Of a stretch of 55,351 nt of DNA, positions 1 to 8,993 are shown piece after piece. A model generated the notes under the pieces. That model was given only the letters and a program-made list of their open reading frames with translations, made no database searches and was not told where the DNA came from. The stretch is taken from assembly GCA_938083225.1 (NCBI GenBank), contig CALKCH010000016.1, forward strand, positions 1 to 55,351, written 5' to 3'. Position numbers and translations under genes: made by a program. The DNA is from Candidatus Bipolaricaulota bacterium (lineage in GTDB: Bacteria > Bipolaricaulota > Bipolaricaulia > Bipolaricaulales > Bipolaricaulaceae). The stretch's first letter is position 1. Every line of letters starts with the position of its first letter.

Positions 1-1302
1 CGCAAGGCCCCGCCGCTTCACGCCTTCTACCGGGGCAAGGTCAGCGTCACCGCCAAGTGCGCCATCCGCTCCTACGAGGATTTTGCCATCTGGTACACGC
101 CGGGTGTGGCCCAGCCCTGCCGGGAGATCGCCCAAAACCCAGAGAAGGTCTTCGAGTACACGAACAAGGGGAACTTCGTGGCCGTGGTGTCCGACGGCAC
201 CCGCGTGCTGGGCCTGGGCGACATCGGCCCCCTGGCGGCCCTGCCGGTGATGGAGGGAAAGGCCCTCCTTTTCAAGTATTTAGGTGGCGTGGACGCTTTC
301 CCCATCACTATCGACACCAAGGACCCCGAGGAGCTCATCCAAGCCGTGAAGTGGATCGCGCCGGCCTTCGGCGGTATCAACCTCGAGGACATCGCTTCGC
401 CCAAATGCTTTTATGTTCTCGAGCGCCTGAGGGCCGAGCTCGATATCCCCGTTTGGCACGACGACCAGCAGGGGACCGCGGCCATCACCCTGGCGGGTGT
501 GTTAAACGCCCTCAAGGTGGTGGGCAAGGACCCAAAGAGGGTGACTTACACGGTGATCGGCGCTGGTGCCGCGAACATCGCGTTCGTGCGCGTCCTCCTT
601 ACCTACGGCGTTCCCGCAGGCAACGTCATCATGGTGGACTCTAAAGGGATCCTCCATCCGGGCCGCGAGGACCTGGAGGCCCAAAAGCACGAGAACCCCT
701 ATAAGTGGGATTATGCGAACCGCACGAATAAAGAACGTCGCAAGGGCGGGATCCCTGAGGCCCTGGAGGGCGCGGACGTATGCGTGGCGGCGTCCCAGCC
801 GGGGCCGAGTGTGATCAAGCCCGAGTGGATCCGGCGCATGGCCAGAGACGCCATCGTGTTCGCCTGCGCTAACCCCGTTCCGGAGATCTGGCCTTGGGAG
901 GCGAAGGAAGCGGGCGCGCGCATCGTGGGCACCGGCCGCTCCGACTTCCCCAACCAGATCAATAACTCCCTGGGCTTCCCCGGGATTTTCCGGGGCGTTT
1001 TGGACGTGTTCGCCCGCACCATCACCGACGAGATGGCCATCGCCGCTGCCGAGGCCATTGCCAAGACCGCAGAGGAGAAGGGCTTGCGCGAGGATTACGT
1101 CGTTCCCACCATGGAGGAGTGGGAGGTATTCGTGAACGAGGCGGTGGCCGTGGCCAAGAAGGCCATGGAGCAGGGGGTGGCCCGCCGCATCCTCTCTGAG
1201 GGCGAGCTTGTGCGGCAGGCGGAGACCATGATTCGCCGGGCCCATCAAGAAGTGGAGATTCTCATGAAATCTGGGCACATCCCTGCCCCACCGGCCGTGT
1301 AA
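1..1302 (+). CDS. NAD(P)-dependent malic enzyme (5' end cut by window edge)
   Basis: Frame 1 is open from nt 1 (RKAPPLHAFYRGKVSVTAKCAIRSYEDFAIWYTPGVAQPC...) and runs into track ORF 106..1302. Malic-enzyme hallmarks are present: YTPGVA, VVSDGTRVLGLGDIG, FGGINLEDI, VWHDDQQGTAA, VIGAGAANIA. Confidence 0.9.
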   Translation, partial: RKAPPLHAFYRGKVSVTAKCAIRSYEDFAIWYTPGVAQPCREIAQNPEKVFEYTNKGNFVAVVSDGTRVLGLGDIGPLAALPVMEGKALLFKYLGGVDAFPITIDTKDPEELIQAVKWIAPAFGGINLEDIASPKCFYVLERLRAELDIPVWHDDQQGTAAITLAGVLNALKVVGKDPKRVTYTVIGAGAANIAFVRVLLTYGVPAGNVIMVDSKGILHPGREDLEAQKHENPYKWDYANRTNKERRKGGIPEALEGADVCVAASQPGPSVIKPEWIRRMARDAIVFACANPVPEIWPWEAKEAGARIVGTGRSDFPNQINNSLGFPGIFRGVLDVFARTITDEMAIAAAEAIAKTAEEKGLREDYVVPTMEEWEVFVNEAVAVAKKAMEQGVARRILSEGELVRQAETMIRRAHQEVEILMKSGHIPAPPAV

Positions 1303-2562
1303 ATGACCCCTGCTCTTACATCTCTGGCGGTACTCGCGGCCGTGGCCGTTCTTTACGCCACGGAGTTCATCCCTCTGGGTTTGACTGCAGTGATCGGCTG
1401 CGTGCTTATGGTCCTCACCGGCGCGGCTGACTTCGCCACGGCCTTCCGGGGTTTCGCTGACTCCGTGGTGTTCCTCGTGGGCGGAATGATGGTGGTGGGC
1501 GAGGCTTTGTTTGCCACCGGTGCGGCCAAAGACATCGGCGATCGACTGGCCCGCCTGGCCCGAAATCGGGAGCGGGCCCTTCTCTTCCTCGTGATCCTCG
1601 CTTCCGCCGGGCTCTCTGCTTTCCTCAACAACACCGGGACCACGGCCGTATTCATCCCCATCGTGAGCGGTTTGGCCCTGGCCTCGGCCGGAGCGATCCG
1701 TGCTCAGAACATCCTCATGTTCGTGGCCTTCGCCGCCAATACAGGGGGAATGTTGACCCTGGTGGGGTCCACTCCGCCCCTCATCGCCCAGGCCGCCCTC
1801 GAGAACGCCGGCCTTCGACCTTTCGGCTTCTTCGAGTTCGCCCTGATCGGCTTGCCTATCCTTGCGGCCTATTTCGGTTACGTGCTCCTCTTCGCCTATC
1901 CACTTGCTCACCGGCGCTTCTCTCAAGCCCGCAGTGTTCCAGCGTTCAGCGCCAACGCCGATGGCGAAAATCGGGTGAAGAAACTTCTGGCTGTGGGCGT
2001 ACTTCTTCTCTGTGTGGGTCTCTTTGCCACCGAGCCCATTCCTCTAGCTCTCACCGCAGTCTTAGGCGCCGTTTTGGTTCTTCTCTTCCGGTGTGTGGAG
2101 CCAAGGGCCCTTTTTGCCAGATTTGACTGGAACACGATCTTCCTTTTGGCCGGCGCTTTGGGGATGGCCGCGGCCCTAGAAAAAAGCGGGGGCGGAAGGC
2201 TCGTGGCCAACTGGGCTGTGGGCCTGCTGGGCACAGACTTCAGCCCCTGGGTGTTCCTGGCCGTCGTGAGCGGGGTTGGGCTCGTGCTCACCCAGTTCAT
2301 GTCCAACACGGCCACCATGGCCATGCTCACCCCCATCGCCCTTTCCATGTGCCAGGCACTGGAAATTTCTCCCCACCCGGTGTTGATGGCCCTGGCCACC
2401 GTGACTGCCGCGGCCTACGCCACGCCCGTGGGAACTCCCCCCAATTCTCTCGTTCTCGTTGCTGGCTACCGCTTTCGCGACTACCTGGTTTTAGGCGGGT
2501 TATTCAACGTCCTGGTCTTTTCCCTCGTGGTGTTACTTGTTCCTGTGATTTGGCCTTTTTAA
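1303..2562 (+). CDS. SLC13/DASS-type (CitMHS/ArsB-NhaD superfamily) anion permease, possibly dicarboxylate/malate
   Basis: 419-aa polytopic membrane protein. Its ATG directly follows the malic-enzyme TAA. It has an internal two-fold repeat with hairpin-loop motifs FLNNTGTTAVFIPI and FMSNTATMAMLTPI. The substrate is inferred only from the neighbouring gene. Confidence 0.7.
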   Translation: MTPALTSLAVLAAVAVLYATEFIPLGLTAVIGCVLMVLTGAADFATAFRGFADSVVFLVGGMMVVGEALFATGAAKDIGDRLARLARNRERALLFLVILASAGLSAFLNNTGTTAVFIPIVSGLALASAGAIRAQNILMFVAFAANTGGMLTLVGSTPPLIAQAALENAGLRPFGFFEFALIGLPILAAYFGYVLLFAYPLAHRRFSQARSVPAFSANADGENRVKKLLAVGVLLLCVGLFATEPIPLALTAVLGAVLVLLFRCVEPRALFARFDWNTIFLLAGALGMAAALEKSGGGRLVANWAVGLLGTDFSPWVFLAVVSGVGLVLTQFMSNTATMAMLTPIALSMCQALEISPHPVLMALATVTAAAYATPVGTPPNSLVLVAGYRFRDYLVLGGLFNVLVFSLVVLLVPVIWPF

Positions 2563-3335
2563 ACCTCCGCGAGCACGAGGTCCTTGGCCGAGCGCACCTT
2601 GACCTGAGGGGGGAGGAGGGCCACGCGGCGGACCCCTTGGCCGTAAGCTTGGCTTGTGAACAAGGTCAGGCAATGCCCGCCGAACAGGAAAAGGGGGGCA
2701 TCGGGCTGATGAGCCCGCACCAGAGCCCGCAGCCCCAGGCGCTCCATGACCTCCCAAAAATAATCGCGGCCGAAAACCGGCCGGCCCCAAAAACCAGGGT
2801 CCAGCTGATAGCCCGGCCCGTCCGCCCAATCCCCCCACGTCATTTTGCGCCAATTCGCCGAGCCCAAAGCCACCGCCTCGATTTCTTCCACTTCGTCCAC
2901 GTCGGGCAAAACTCCGTGCACAGCCAAAACCCCGGCGGAGTGAACGGCGGCCAACGGCAAACGTATCAAAGTCTCGGCCAGGATCTTCGCCTCTTTGGGG
3001 TCGAGGGATCTCCAAAAATCGGCGGGCGTGAAGGGGGCTACAGCCCAGGCCTCGTGATTCCCCATGAGGAGAAAAATCCGATCGGGATGAGAGATTTTCG
3101 CGCGCATGAGGAGCAGGAGACTCCCCGAGGAGTCGGGACCCCGGTCCACATAATCCCCAAGGAACACGAGGGTGTGGGTCGCGTCGAAATAACGCCGCAG
3201 CACCTCCTCGGTGGCCTCCCGATCGCCGTGGGTGTCGCCTACGAACACGATGGTGTGGTCGGAGGGAAGGCGGATGAGGCGAGGCTCCCTCTCCAAAATC
3301 TTTTGAAATTCGGCCACAACGTTCAGGTCGAGCAC
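2559..3335 (-). CDS. PPP-family (calcineurin-like) Ser/Thr protein phosphatase
   Basis: Motifs FVGDTHGD, GDYVDRG, GNHE and VHG appear in canonical order. The gene starts 9 nt downstream of rsmA on the same strand. Confidence 0.8.
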   Translation of the reverse strand: MLDLNVVAEFQKILEREPRLIRLPSDHTIVFVGDTHGDREATEEVLRRYFDATHTLVFLGDYVDRGPDSSGSLLLLMRAKISHPDRIFLLMGNHEAWAVAPFTPADFWRSLDPKEAKILAETLIRLPLAAVHSAGVLAVHGVLPDVDEVEEIEAVALGSANWRKMTWGDWADGPGYQLDPGFWGRPVFGRDYFWEVMERLGLRALVRAHQPDAPLFLFGGHCLTLFTSQAYGQGVRRVALLPPQVKVRSAKDLVLAEV

Positions 3336-3344
3336 AAGGAAATC

Positions 3345-4181
3345 TTACCGAAGCACGCCGAGGCGGGAGAGAGCCGCTCCCAGCCGCTCTAGCTCCGGGA
3401 AGTCCAGGGCTTCACCGCGTACTTTGGAATCGAGTCCAAGCTCGGCTAAAAGGGCGTCAGCCTGGGCAGGGGGGAGAATGGAGATGAGCACCCGACGCAA
3501 GGTTTTTCTGCGGTGAGAAAAAGCCAGGGCTAAAGTCTTTTCCCACTGCTCATCGGGCAAGGAAACGCGAGGCTGCGGGAGTTTTCGGAGAGAGACTAAG
3601 GCTCCGCCCACCTCAGGGGGAGGGAAAAACGCGGTTTTGGGGATCTTGCGGAGAAGGTCCACGGCGAAGTAGGTGCGCAGGTGAACGCCGAGACGGCCGG
3701 CCTGCGGCCCCGGCGAAGCTACAAGTTTTTCCCCAACCTCCCACTGCACGGTGAGCACGGCCCTGGCCACGTTCTCCCGCTCCCGGATGAGCTTCAGGAG
3801 CAGCTCGCTTGTGATCCCGTAAGGTAAGTTCCCCACCACCAGCAGGCCTTTGCCCAATCCCCCCAAATCCAGGGTCCGGAAGTCTCCGGCTATCACGTGC
3901 ACGTGGCTGAAGGGTTGGACTTGGGCCTGAAGTATAGGGATGAGGCGGGAATCTACCTCCACGGCCCAAAGCTCCCGTACATGGGGAGCCAGGGCTACAG
4001 TGAGGGTGCCGATGCCGGCACCCACCTCCACCACTTTTTCCTCGGCAGGAAGGATGGCTGCCACAATTCGGGCGAGTACGTTGGCGTCGGCGAGGAAATG
4101 TTGGCCCAAGGATTTGCGTAGTGTAACCCCATACGCAGCCAAGAGGCTGCGAATCACCGAGGGCGAGGTCAATTTCTCCAT
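3345..4181 (-). CDS. rsmA: 16S rRNA (adenine1518/1519-N6)-dimethyltransferase RsmA/KsgA
   Basis: LGQHFL, the SAM-binding motif VVEVGAGIGTLT, and the catalytic motif VVGNLPYGITS. Length is 278 aa. Confidence 0.9.
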   Translation of the reverse strand: MEKLTSPSVIRSLLAAYGVTLRKSLGQHFLADANVLARIVAAILPAEEKVVEVGAGIGTLTVALAPHVRELWAVEVDSRLIPILQAQVQPFSHVHVIAGDFRTLDLGGLGKGLLVVGNLPYGITSELLLKLIRERENVARAVLTVQWEVGEKLVASPGPQAGRLGVHLRTYFAVDLLRKIPKTAFFPPPEVGGALVSLRKLPQPRVSLPDEQWEKTLALAFSHRRKTLRRVLISILPPAQADALLAELGLDSKVRGEALDFPELERLGAALSRLGVLR

Positions 4182-4218
4182 GGGCGGAAAGAGGGGCGCG
4201 TTTGGAATCGTCTCGGGA

Positions 4219-4512
4219 TCACCTGTTTTTCTGGGGTTTTAGATCATCGTCCAGAAGGACTCGGCAGCGGGCCTGAACCTGGGCATCGTACGCAGGCTCC
4301 ATGCATTGAAGCTTTTCGAAGGCCAGGCGGGCCCGGGTTTGGGCCGCATTCACGGCCTGCTCCACAGCTGTCGCCAGTTGCGGATAGCCCGCGGCGCGTA
4401 AGCTCTCACTGAGCGCTCGCCAGAAAGCAAGAGGTAGCTCTAACCTCTTCCCGCTCTCTCCCGCCCAGAGCTCCTCGCGACCAGCCTTGAGGACCAACTC
4501 CAACTCGTTCAT
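4219..4512 (-). CDS. hypothetical small protein (97 aa)
   Basis: Open frame with backbone-like high G+C, positioned upstream of rsmA on the same strand. I recognise no motif and see no clear SD sequence before the ATG. Confidence 0.4.
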   Translation of the reverse strand: MNELELVLKAGREELWAGESGKRLELPLAFWRALSESLRAAGYPQLATAVEQAVNAAQTRARLAFEKLQCMEPAYDAQVQARCRVLLDDDLKPQKNR

Positions 4513-4686
4513 GGCAAGGAAAAGCTACCCCGGCGCGTACATAGGCGCAACAGGCTGGGATTTAGCAAGGTTAGCTAGCTGGCCCTGCGGGTGAGTGACG
4601 TCACAGCCAAAACAGCATTTATTCAATTTCAGCACCTTTTCTTGCTTTTAATTCGGTGAGACTTGCCCTCGTCTCTTACCGGTTCC

Positions 4687-5622
4687 TCACCTTACTAGAT
4701 CTAACCCGAAAGATATCCGATGCTGAGATGCGAGGTGAGGATGCATTACCAGCGCGTAGTCAAGTGTAAAGAGACCGAATCTCACCCCGAGACCGAAGCT
4801 TGTCATAAGAGCCCCTTCACCGCGTAGTCCAAATCGGACTGCCAACGCTGAGGCGGGATACCACTCGAGGCCTAACCGCCCCCCCTTACCAGCCGCGAAA
4901 TCCGCTAGCAGGATCCAAGAATCGAGAAGAGTGGCCGAGAGCCCAAACGTAATGGCCAGAGACCAATGTTCCTCATGCCCACTTCTATATTTAGTGGGGA
5001 TCTCCACAACGTTCTCCATGATCATTCCCAGCCCGAAAGCAGTTAGAGGCCCAATTTTAGTTCCCTTGCTCGCAGCTCTATAAAAAAGTGAGAAGTCGAA
5101 GGCCCAACCACTCCCACTACCTGGTTCCAGAGTTCGTACTGTATAGAACTTTGCTTTTATTCCGAACCCAACATCCCGAAGGATGGGAATGCTGTGAAGA
5201 CCTAAATCAGCGAGCGAGACGCCGGCTCCAGCCACCACCGTATAGGTACGGTAAGAGAACGAGCCAGTTACGTTGCCCTGCTCGTCGATCTGGGGAACGT
5301 CTCCAAAGTTAAAGAAATGGAGGCCTAGGCCAAGATGGGGCAAGGTCACAGCTATCTGGCCAGCCAGCCCATACCCAAGCCTCACTTCCCCAGAGGAGAG
5401 AGAGGAGACGCTGGTAAGCCCGGCTAATCCTGCTGGGTTGAAGAAAAGCGCGTTGCTATCGTCTGCAAGACCCACGAATGCTCCGCCCAAAGCCAAAGGT
5501 CGAGCCCCCATGCCCAGGTCCAATACGGCAGCAACGTTGGTGTACGACACCGCAAGGCAAGGAAAAGACAGAGATGAGCCGCCGAGGATCATGATCAACC
5601 ACCAACGTCGTCTCCAAAGCAT
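4687..5622 (-). CDS. PorV/PorQ-like outer-membrane beta-barrel protein
   Basis: A signal-like N-terminus is followed by GMGARPLALGGAFVGLADDSNALFFNPAGLAGL, the opening motif I associate with PorV/PorQ-type barrels. An alternating beta-strand pattern runs throughout. A purine-rich AAGGGGG lies 6 nt before the ATG. The gene starts 11 nt after the stop of the giant gene upstream. It has low G+C like that neighbour. Confidence 0.6.
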   Translation of the reverse strand: MLWRRRWWLIMILGGSSLSFPCLAVSYTNVAAVLDLGMGARPLALGGAFVGLADDSNALFFNPAGLAGLTSVSSLSSGEVRLGYGLAGQIAVTLPHLGLGLHFFNFGDVPQIDEQGNVTGSFSYRTYTVVAGAGVSLADLGLHSIPILRDVGFGIKAKFYTVRTLEPGSGSGWAFDFSLFYRAASKGTKIGPLTAFGLGMIMENVVEIPTKYRSGHEEHWSLAITFGLSATLLDSWILLADFAAGKGGRLGLEWYPASALAVRFGLRGEGALMTSFGLGVRFGLFTLDYALVMHPHLASQHRISFGLDLVR

Positions 5623-5633
5623 TGTCTACCCCC

Positions 5634-8600
5634 TTACCGTTGAATCACCATTTTTCCCTGTCCGATGACCTTGCCGTCGCCAACAAGCACATATATGTAT
5701 GGTCCATTGGCCAGCGGAGTGCCAGTTTGATCCACGGGGCGCCATCGACCAACCGGCGGATAGCGCGTAGCTTTGGGGTCAAGGGATATTTCTGCCACTA
5801 ATCGACCGGTTACGTTGTAGATGAGAAGCTTAGCAGACCTCGTTCCCTCAGGGAGTTGGAACCAGAACACACATCCGTCTTCAGGCACGGGGTTTGGGCC
5901 GTGATTGACCGCAGCCCCGGTCCGAAGGGCTGCGAATATCGCGTGAATCGTATGGTCACTTGTTACGTTGACGAACTTGTAAGTGCCCATACGACCCTTC
6001 ATGACGACCTGGTCAAGCACCGATCTCCCGTCCACGAGTACATCGTGAATCACGTAGCCTTCGTCCGGTGTGATGGTGAACGTTTGATCAGCACCGTGGA
6101 CCACTTTGACCGCTCCCGAAGGGACTATTACCCCACCTTTCCCCGCAGTCGCCGTTATCGTGTGTTGCAGTTCCTCCCCCGTAAACTTGCTGCCGCTCCG
6201 GAGCGTAAGCTCGAACACCCCGTCTCCGTCCTGGTCGACCTCGATTGTGACCCCCCTCTCACCACGAGCAAGAGACTCCCAATCAACCTTATATTGATGG
6301 ATAGCTCCAGCCCTAGTATTGACCTCGCGGCTCTCAAATTGAAGAAAATCATCACCGGTTGCACGAGTTAACACCAAATCGTAGGAACCATCTGAACCCC
6401 CAATAACCACGTATCTGTAGGAAGGATCACGCCCAAAAATGATTACAATTTCATCCAAGTACGCAGAATCAGGAATTTCGTTTCGCACAACACCTTCAAC
6501 CAGTCCAGTAACACGGCCGACCGGATCCCACACTTGAAGTGAAGCGGCGCTCTTGAGCTGAGCGTGAATATACTGACTCAATGTACCAGCAAGAGAAAGA
6601 AGTTCGTCATTTGTCAACGGCTTATAACCACCGGCTTCAAGCGTCTTATCATAGTTCTCCCCATAGTACTCCTTCAGTCTAGGAAGCCACGAGCCCACTT
6701 TAGCCGGATATGTTGGCCCTGTGTTATAGCAGCTGACAGCACCAAGAACGCTGTTAGTCTTATCTAGTCCGTATTGCAAAATCCGAAACGCATCCTTCAC
6801 GTTTGCATAGATGCCTTGCGGAGTGTTCCCGTAGTAATCGTGCTTGTACACCATGTCCGCCACATATGCACCATTGTCGTATGCATGGTAATTTAATAAA
6901 CCGCTTCCCCATCCCTTGTTGCAGCCAGCACACGGGAAGACACCACCATGAATCTGCATGACGCCAACCCCACCACTTTTGAGGTTACCCGCTCGTCCAT
7001 GTTCCTGGTCATAGATACGGTTGTCAAAGCCGTATTGAGCAGCGCCTTCCTGGAGTGCGATGGCCATAATGAGTTCTATTGGAAACTTATTGTCCCTCAG
7101 CTTTTTGAAAGAGTTAGAAGGCTGTCCTTTATGTACACGATCACCGCTACTGTAAAGGGATCGCTCTGCACTCTCGTCAAAGTAGTAATGTAATACCGCG
7201 TTTAGGAAAACTTCACGACGGCGGCTTCGATCTTCTAGGTTCTGAGCTTTGGCAACTAGTTCCCGTTGTTCGATACGCCTCAGTATGTTTTTGTCCACCC
7301 AGCCTGTAAGTTCAGGGGGCCAGGTCGAGTCCCTTACCTCCCACCAGGTCACGCCGTCAGCCGTTCTCATATCATTGTAAGTATCGACGACAAGCATTAC
7401 CCAACCATTAGGGGCAAAAATCATGGCCTGTCTTGGCGATGTGTATTTGTCATAAATCGTTACCCCGGACTCAGTTGAGTGAGCTACCTCCACCCAGAAA
7501 ACTTTTGTAGCTACACGAACAAGCACAAAATTCAAAACGACCGTCTGTCCGGCCTCCACCGTTACCCCAGCCTTTGTCTGTGAAAGGTATCCATCTGCAA
7601 CTGCAGTGATGTTATAGGTGCCGGCCGGGACATTGAACGAAAATTGCCCAGAATCGTCGGTAATCGGACAGTAGGTTAACGGATCAGGTTCCAGCAGAAG
7701 CATCGCCCCACTGACTCCTTTCCCTGTGGAGGCATCAACCACTCGCCCAGTAAGCCGACCTGTCACAGGTGTAGTTCCCCGAAGCTTTACGACATCAAAT
7801 CCCAAGGCCCTTATCCCTGTACCGTCATCTGCAACGTGATTGACGAGCGCGAGAAATCCGCCATCCGCTGTAGGCCCCCCTATTACCACGTTGTATCTGG
7901 CATTCGGCGGATTCCAAGGTTCACAGCGCGTTAGCCATTCCCAAAGAATTGTTCCTTGTGCGTCCGTTTTTATCAGGCATCCAGACCCACATGTACTTAG
8001 CTGGGACTCGACCACCTGCCATACCAACTTTGCGCCGCCAAGAACAAATCCACCATCCTCAGCCTGCATTATGGAAAGAAAAGCATAGCAATACCCTTCA
8101 TGCTGGTTAAAGAAAGATTTTTCCCAAATCACGTTGCCAAGGCTATCCATTCGCAGGAGGAAGGACTCAGTAGCCATTCCCCCTCCATCGCCGAGCCGAT
8201 TAGAGAAAACTGCAGCAATACTCCCACCATCACGCGTCGTCCCCAACGCAGCAGCCCTGATATCACATCTTTTCTCTGGAAAGTACTTTTCCCAAACGAT
8301 CTGTCCCATCGAGTTTATTTTTAACAGATACAACAACTCCCGCCCTTCAGAATGAGTTTTCGCAGCAATGATAAACCCTCCGTCTTTAGCTCTTCGAGCA
8401 GAAAGTGCTTCGGCTACACCTAATCCCGAAAAGGCTCTTTGCCAAATCACCGTTCCCTGCGCATCTGTACCGACTACGAAGATGTTAGAAGAGAAGGGCG
8501 CGCCATACGTCCGAGAATTTCCAATAAGAACGAAGCCACCTCCTGGTCTTTCATCAACATAGATCGGATGATCCTCTTCACTCGTGGAAACGTCAATAAT

Positions 8601-8993
8601 ACGCTGCCACTCTTGGTTACCGCGTTCATCGAGCTTAAGCAAGAAAGCGGATCTTGGTTTCTCAGGAGGGCTTGGAGCGACACCTGTGAGTACGCAGCCG
8701 TCATCAGAGGTGAGGCCGATATACTCTCCCCCTTGATTTGCAAAGGTCCTCTCCCATAGCGTATTCCCGTCTGGGCCGATGGCTAGCAAAAACATCCCCT
8801 GTGCTCGGTTACCTACAATCCGATATGACCCATCTTTCATTTGCTGGTATGACGCAATCAAAGCCGGCTCAGAAAAAACCCTTTGCCACTCTACAGAAGG
8901 AGGCTGCTCCGAAGCAAGGCCACCGGCCGAGGCAATGGCGAACAATAACCCTACAGCTGCCCTTCGAACTTTAGATAGGAAAACTTGGGACAT
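5634..8993 (-). CDS. 1119-aa secreted multidomain protein: beta-propeller repeats, CarboxypepD_reg-like domain, SH3-like plus SLT/lysozyme-like domain, InlB B-repeat-like domain, T9SS/FlgD-Ig-type C-terminal domain
   Basis: I place the start at ATG 8993, because AAGGAGGG lies 8 nt upstream and the track's GTG 9002 falls inside that SD. The signal peptide is MSQVFLSKVRRAAVGLLFAIASAGG. About 7 repeats follow of the form DGGF..(x)..LLK.D..G...W. Next comes TGRLTGRVVDASTGKGVSGA...YNITAVADGY. Then ELIMAIALQEGAAQ...GVGVMQI, which fits an SLT catalytic Glu plus the GLMQ-like motif. Then TITATAGKGGVIVPSGAVKVVHGADQTFTITPDEGYVIHDVLVDG. The C-terminus is GPNPVPEDGCVFWFQLPEGTRSAKLLIYNVTGRLVAEI...GPYIYVLV...KMVIQR. 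Confidence 0.85.
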   Translation of the reverse strand: MSQVFLSKVRRAAVGLLFAIASAGGLASEQPPSVEWQRVFSEPALIASYQQMKDGSYRIVGNRAQGMFLLAIGPDGNTLWERTFANQGGEYIGLTSDDGCVLTGVAPSPPEKPRSAFLLKLDERGNQEWQRIIDVSTSEEDHPIYVDERPGGGFVLIGNSRTYGAPFSSNIFVVGTDAQGTVIWQRAFSGLGVAEALSARRAKDGGFIIAAKTHSEGRELLYLLKINSMGQIVWEKYFPEKRCDIRAAALGTTRDGGSIAAVFSNRLGDGGGMATESFLLRMDSLGNVIWEKSFFNQHEGYCYAFLSIMQAEDGGFVLGGAKLVWQVVESQLSTCGSGCLIKTDAQGTILWEWLTRCEPWNPPNARYNVVIGGPTADGGFLALVNHVADDGTGIRALGFDVVKLRGTTPVTGRLTGRVVDASTGKGVSGAMLLLEPDPLTYCPITDDSGQFSFNVPAGTYNITAVADGYLSQTKAGVTVEAGQTVVLNFVLVRVATKVFWVEVAHSTESGVTIYDKYTSPRQAMIFAPNGWVMLVVDTYNDMRTADGVTWWEVRDSTWPPELTGWVDKNILRRIEQRELVAKAQNLEDRSRRREVFLNAVLHYYFDESAERSLYSSGDRVHKGQPSNSFKKLRDNKFPIELIMAIALQEGAAQYGFDNRIYDQEHGRAGNLKSGGVGVMQIHGGVFPCAGCNKGWGSGLLNYHAYDNGAYVADMVYKHDYYGNTPQGIYANVKDAFRILQYGLDKTNSVLGAVSCYNTGPTYPAKVGSWLPRLKEYYGENYDKTLEAGGYKPLTNDELLSLAGTLSQYIHAQLKSAASLQVWDPVGRVTGLVEGVVRNEIPDSAYLDEIVIIFGRDPSYRYVVIGGSDGSYDLVLTRATGDDFLQFESREVNTRAGAIHQYKVDWESLARGERGVTIEVDQDGDGVFELTLRSGSKFTGEELQHTITATAGKGGVIVPSGAVKVVHGADQTFTITPDEGYVIHDVLVDGRSVLDQVVMKGRMGTYKFVNVTSDHTIHAIFAALRTGAAVNHGPNPVPEDGCVFWFQLPEGTRSAKLLIYNVTGRLVAEISLDPKATRYPPVGRWRPVDQTGTPLANGPYIYVLVGDGKVIGQGKMVIQR

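Noticed and set aside
502-1926. 474-aa ORF on the minus strand
   Set aside because: It is antisense to two strongly supported genes (malic enzyme and the SLC13 permease). Its translation is Arg/Gly/His/Glu-rich low complexity, typical of stop-poor antisense frames in high-G+C DNA.
2349-3392. 347-aa plus-strand ORF
   Set aside because: It is antisense to the PPP phosphatase gene, which has canonical GDxHG/GDxxDRG/GNHE motifs.
4595-4604. Perfect palindrome GTGACGTCAC in the spacer at the left edge of the low-G+C island
   Set aside because: A single 10-nt palindrome has no partner site or recognisable context, which is insufficient to call a regulatory or recombination site.
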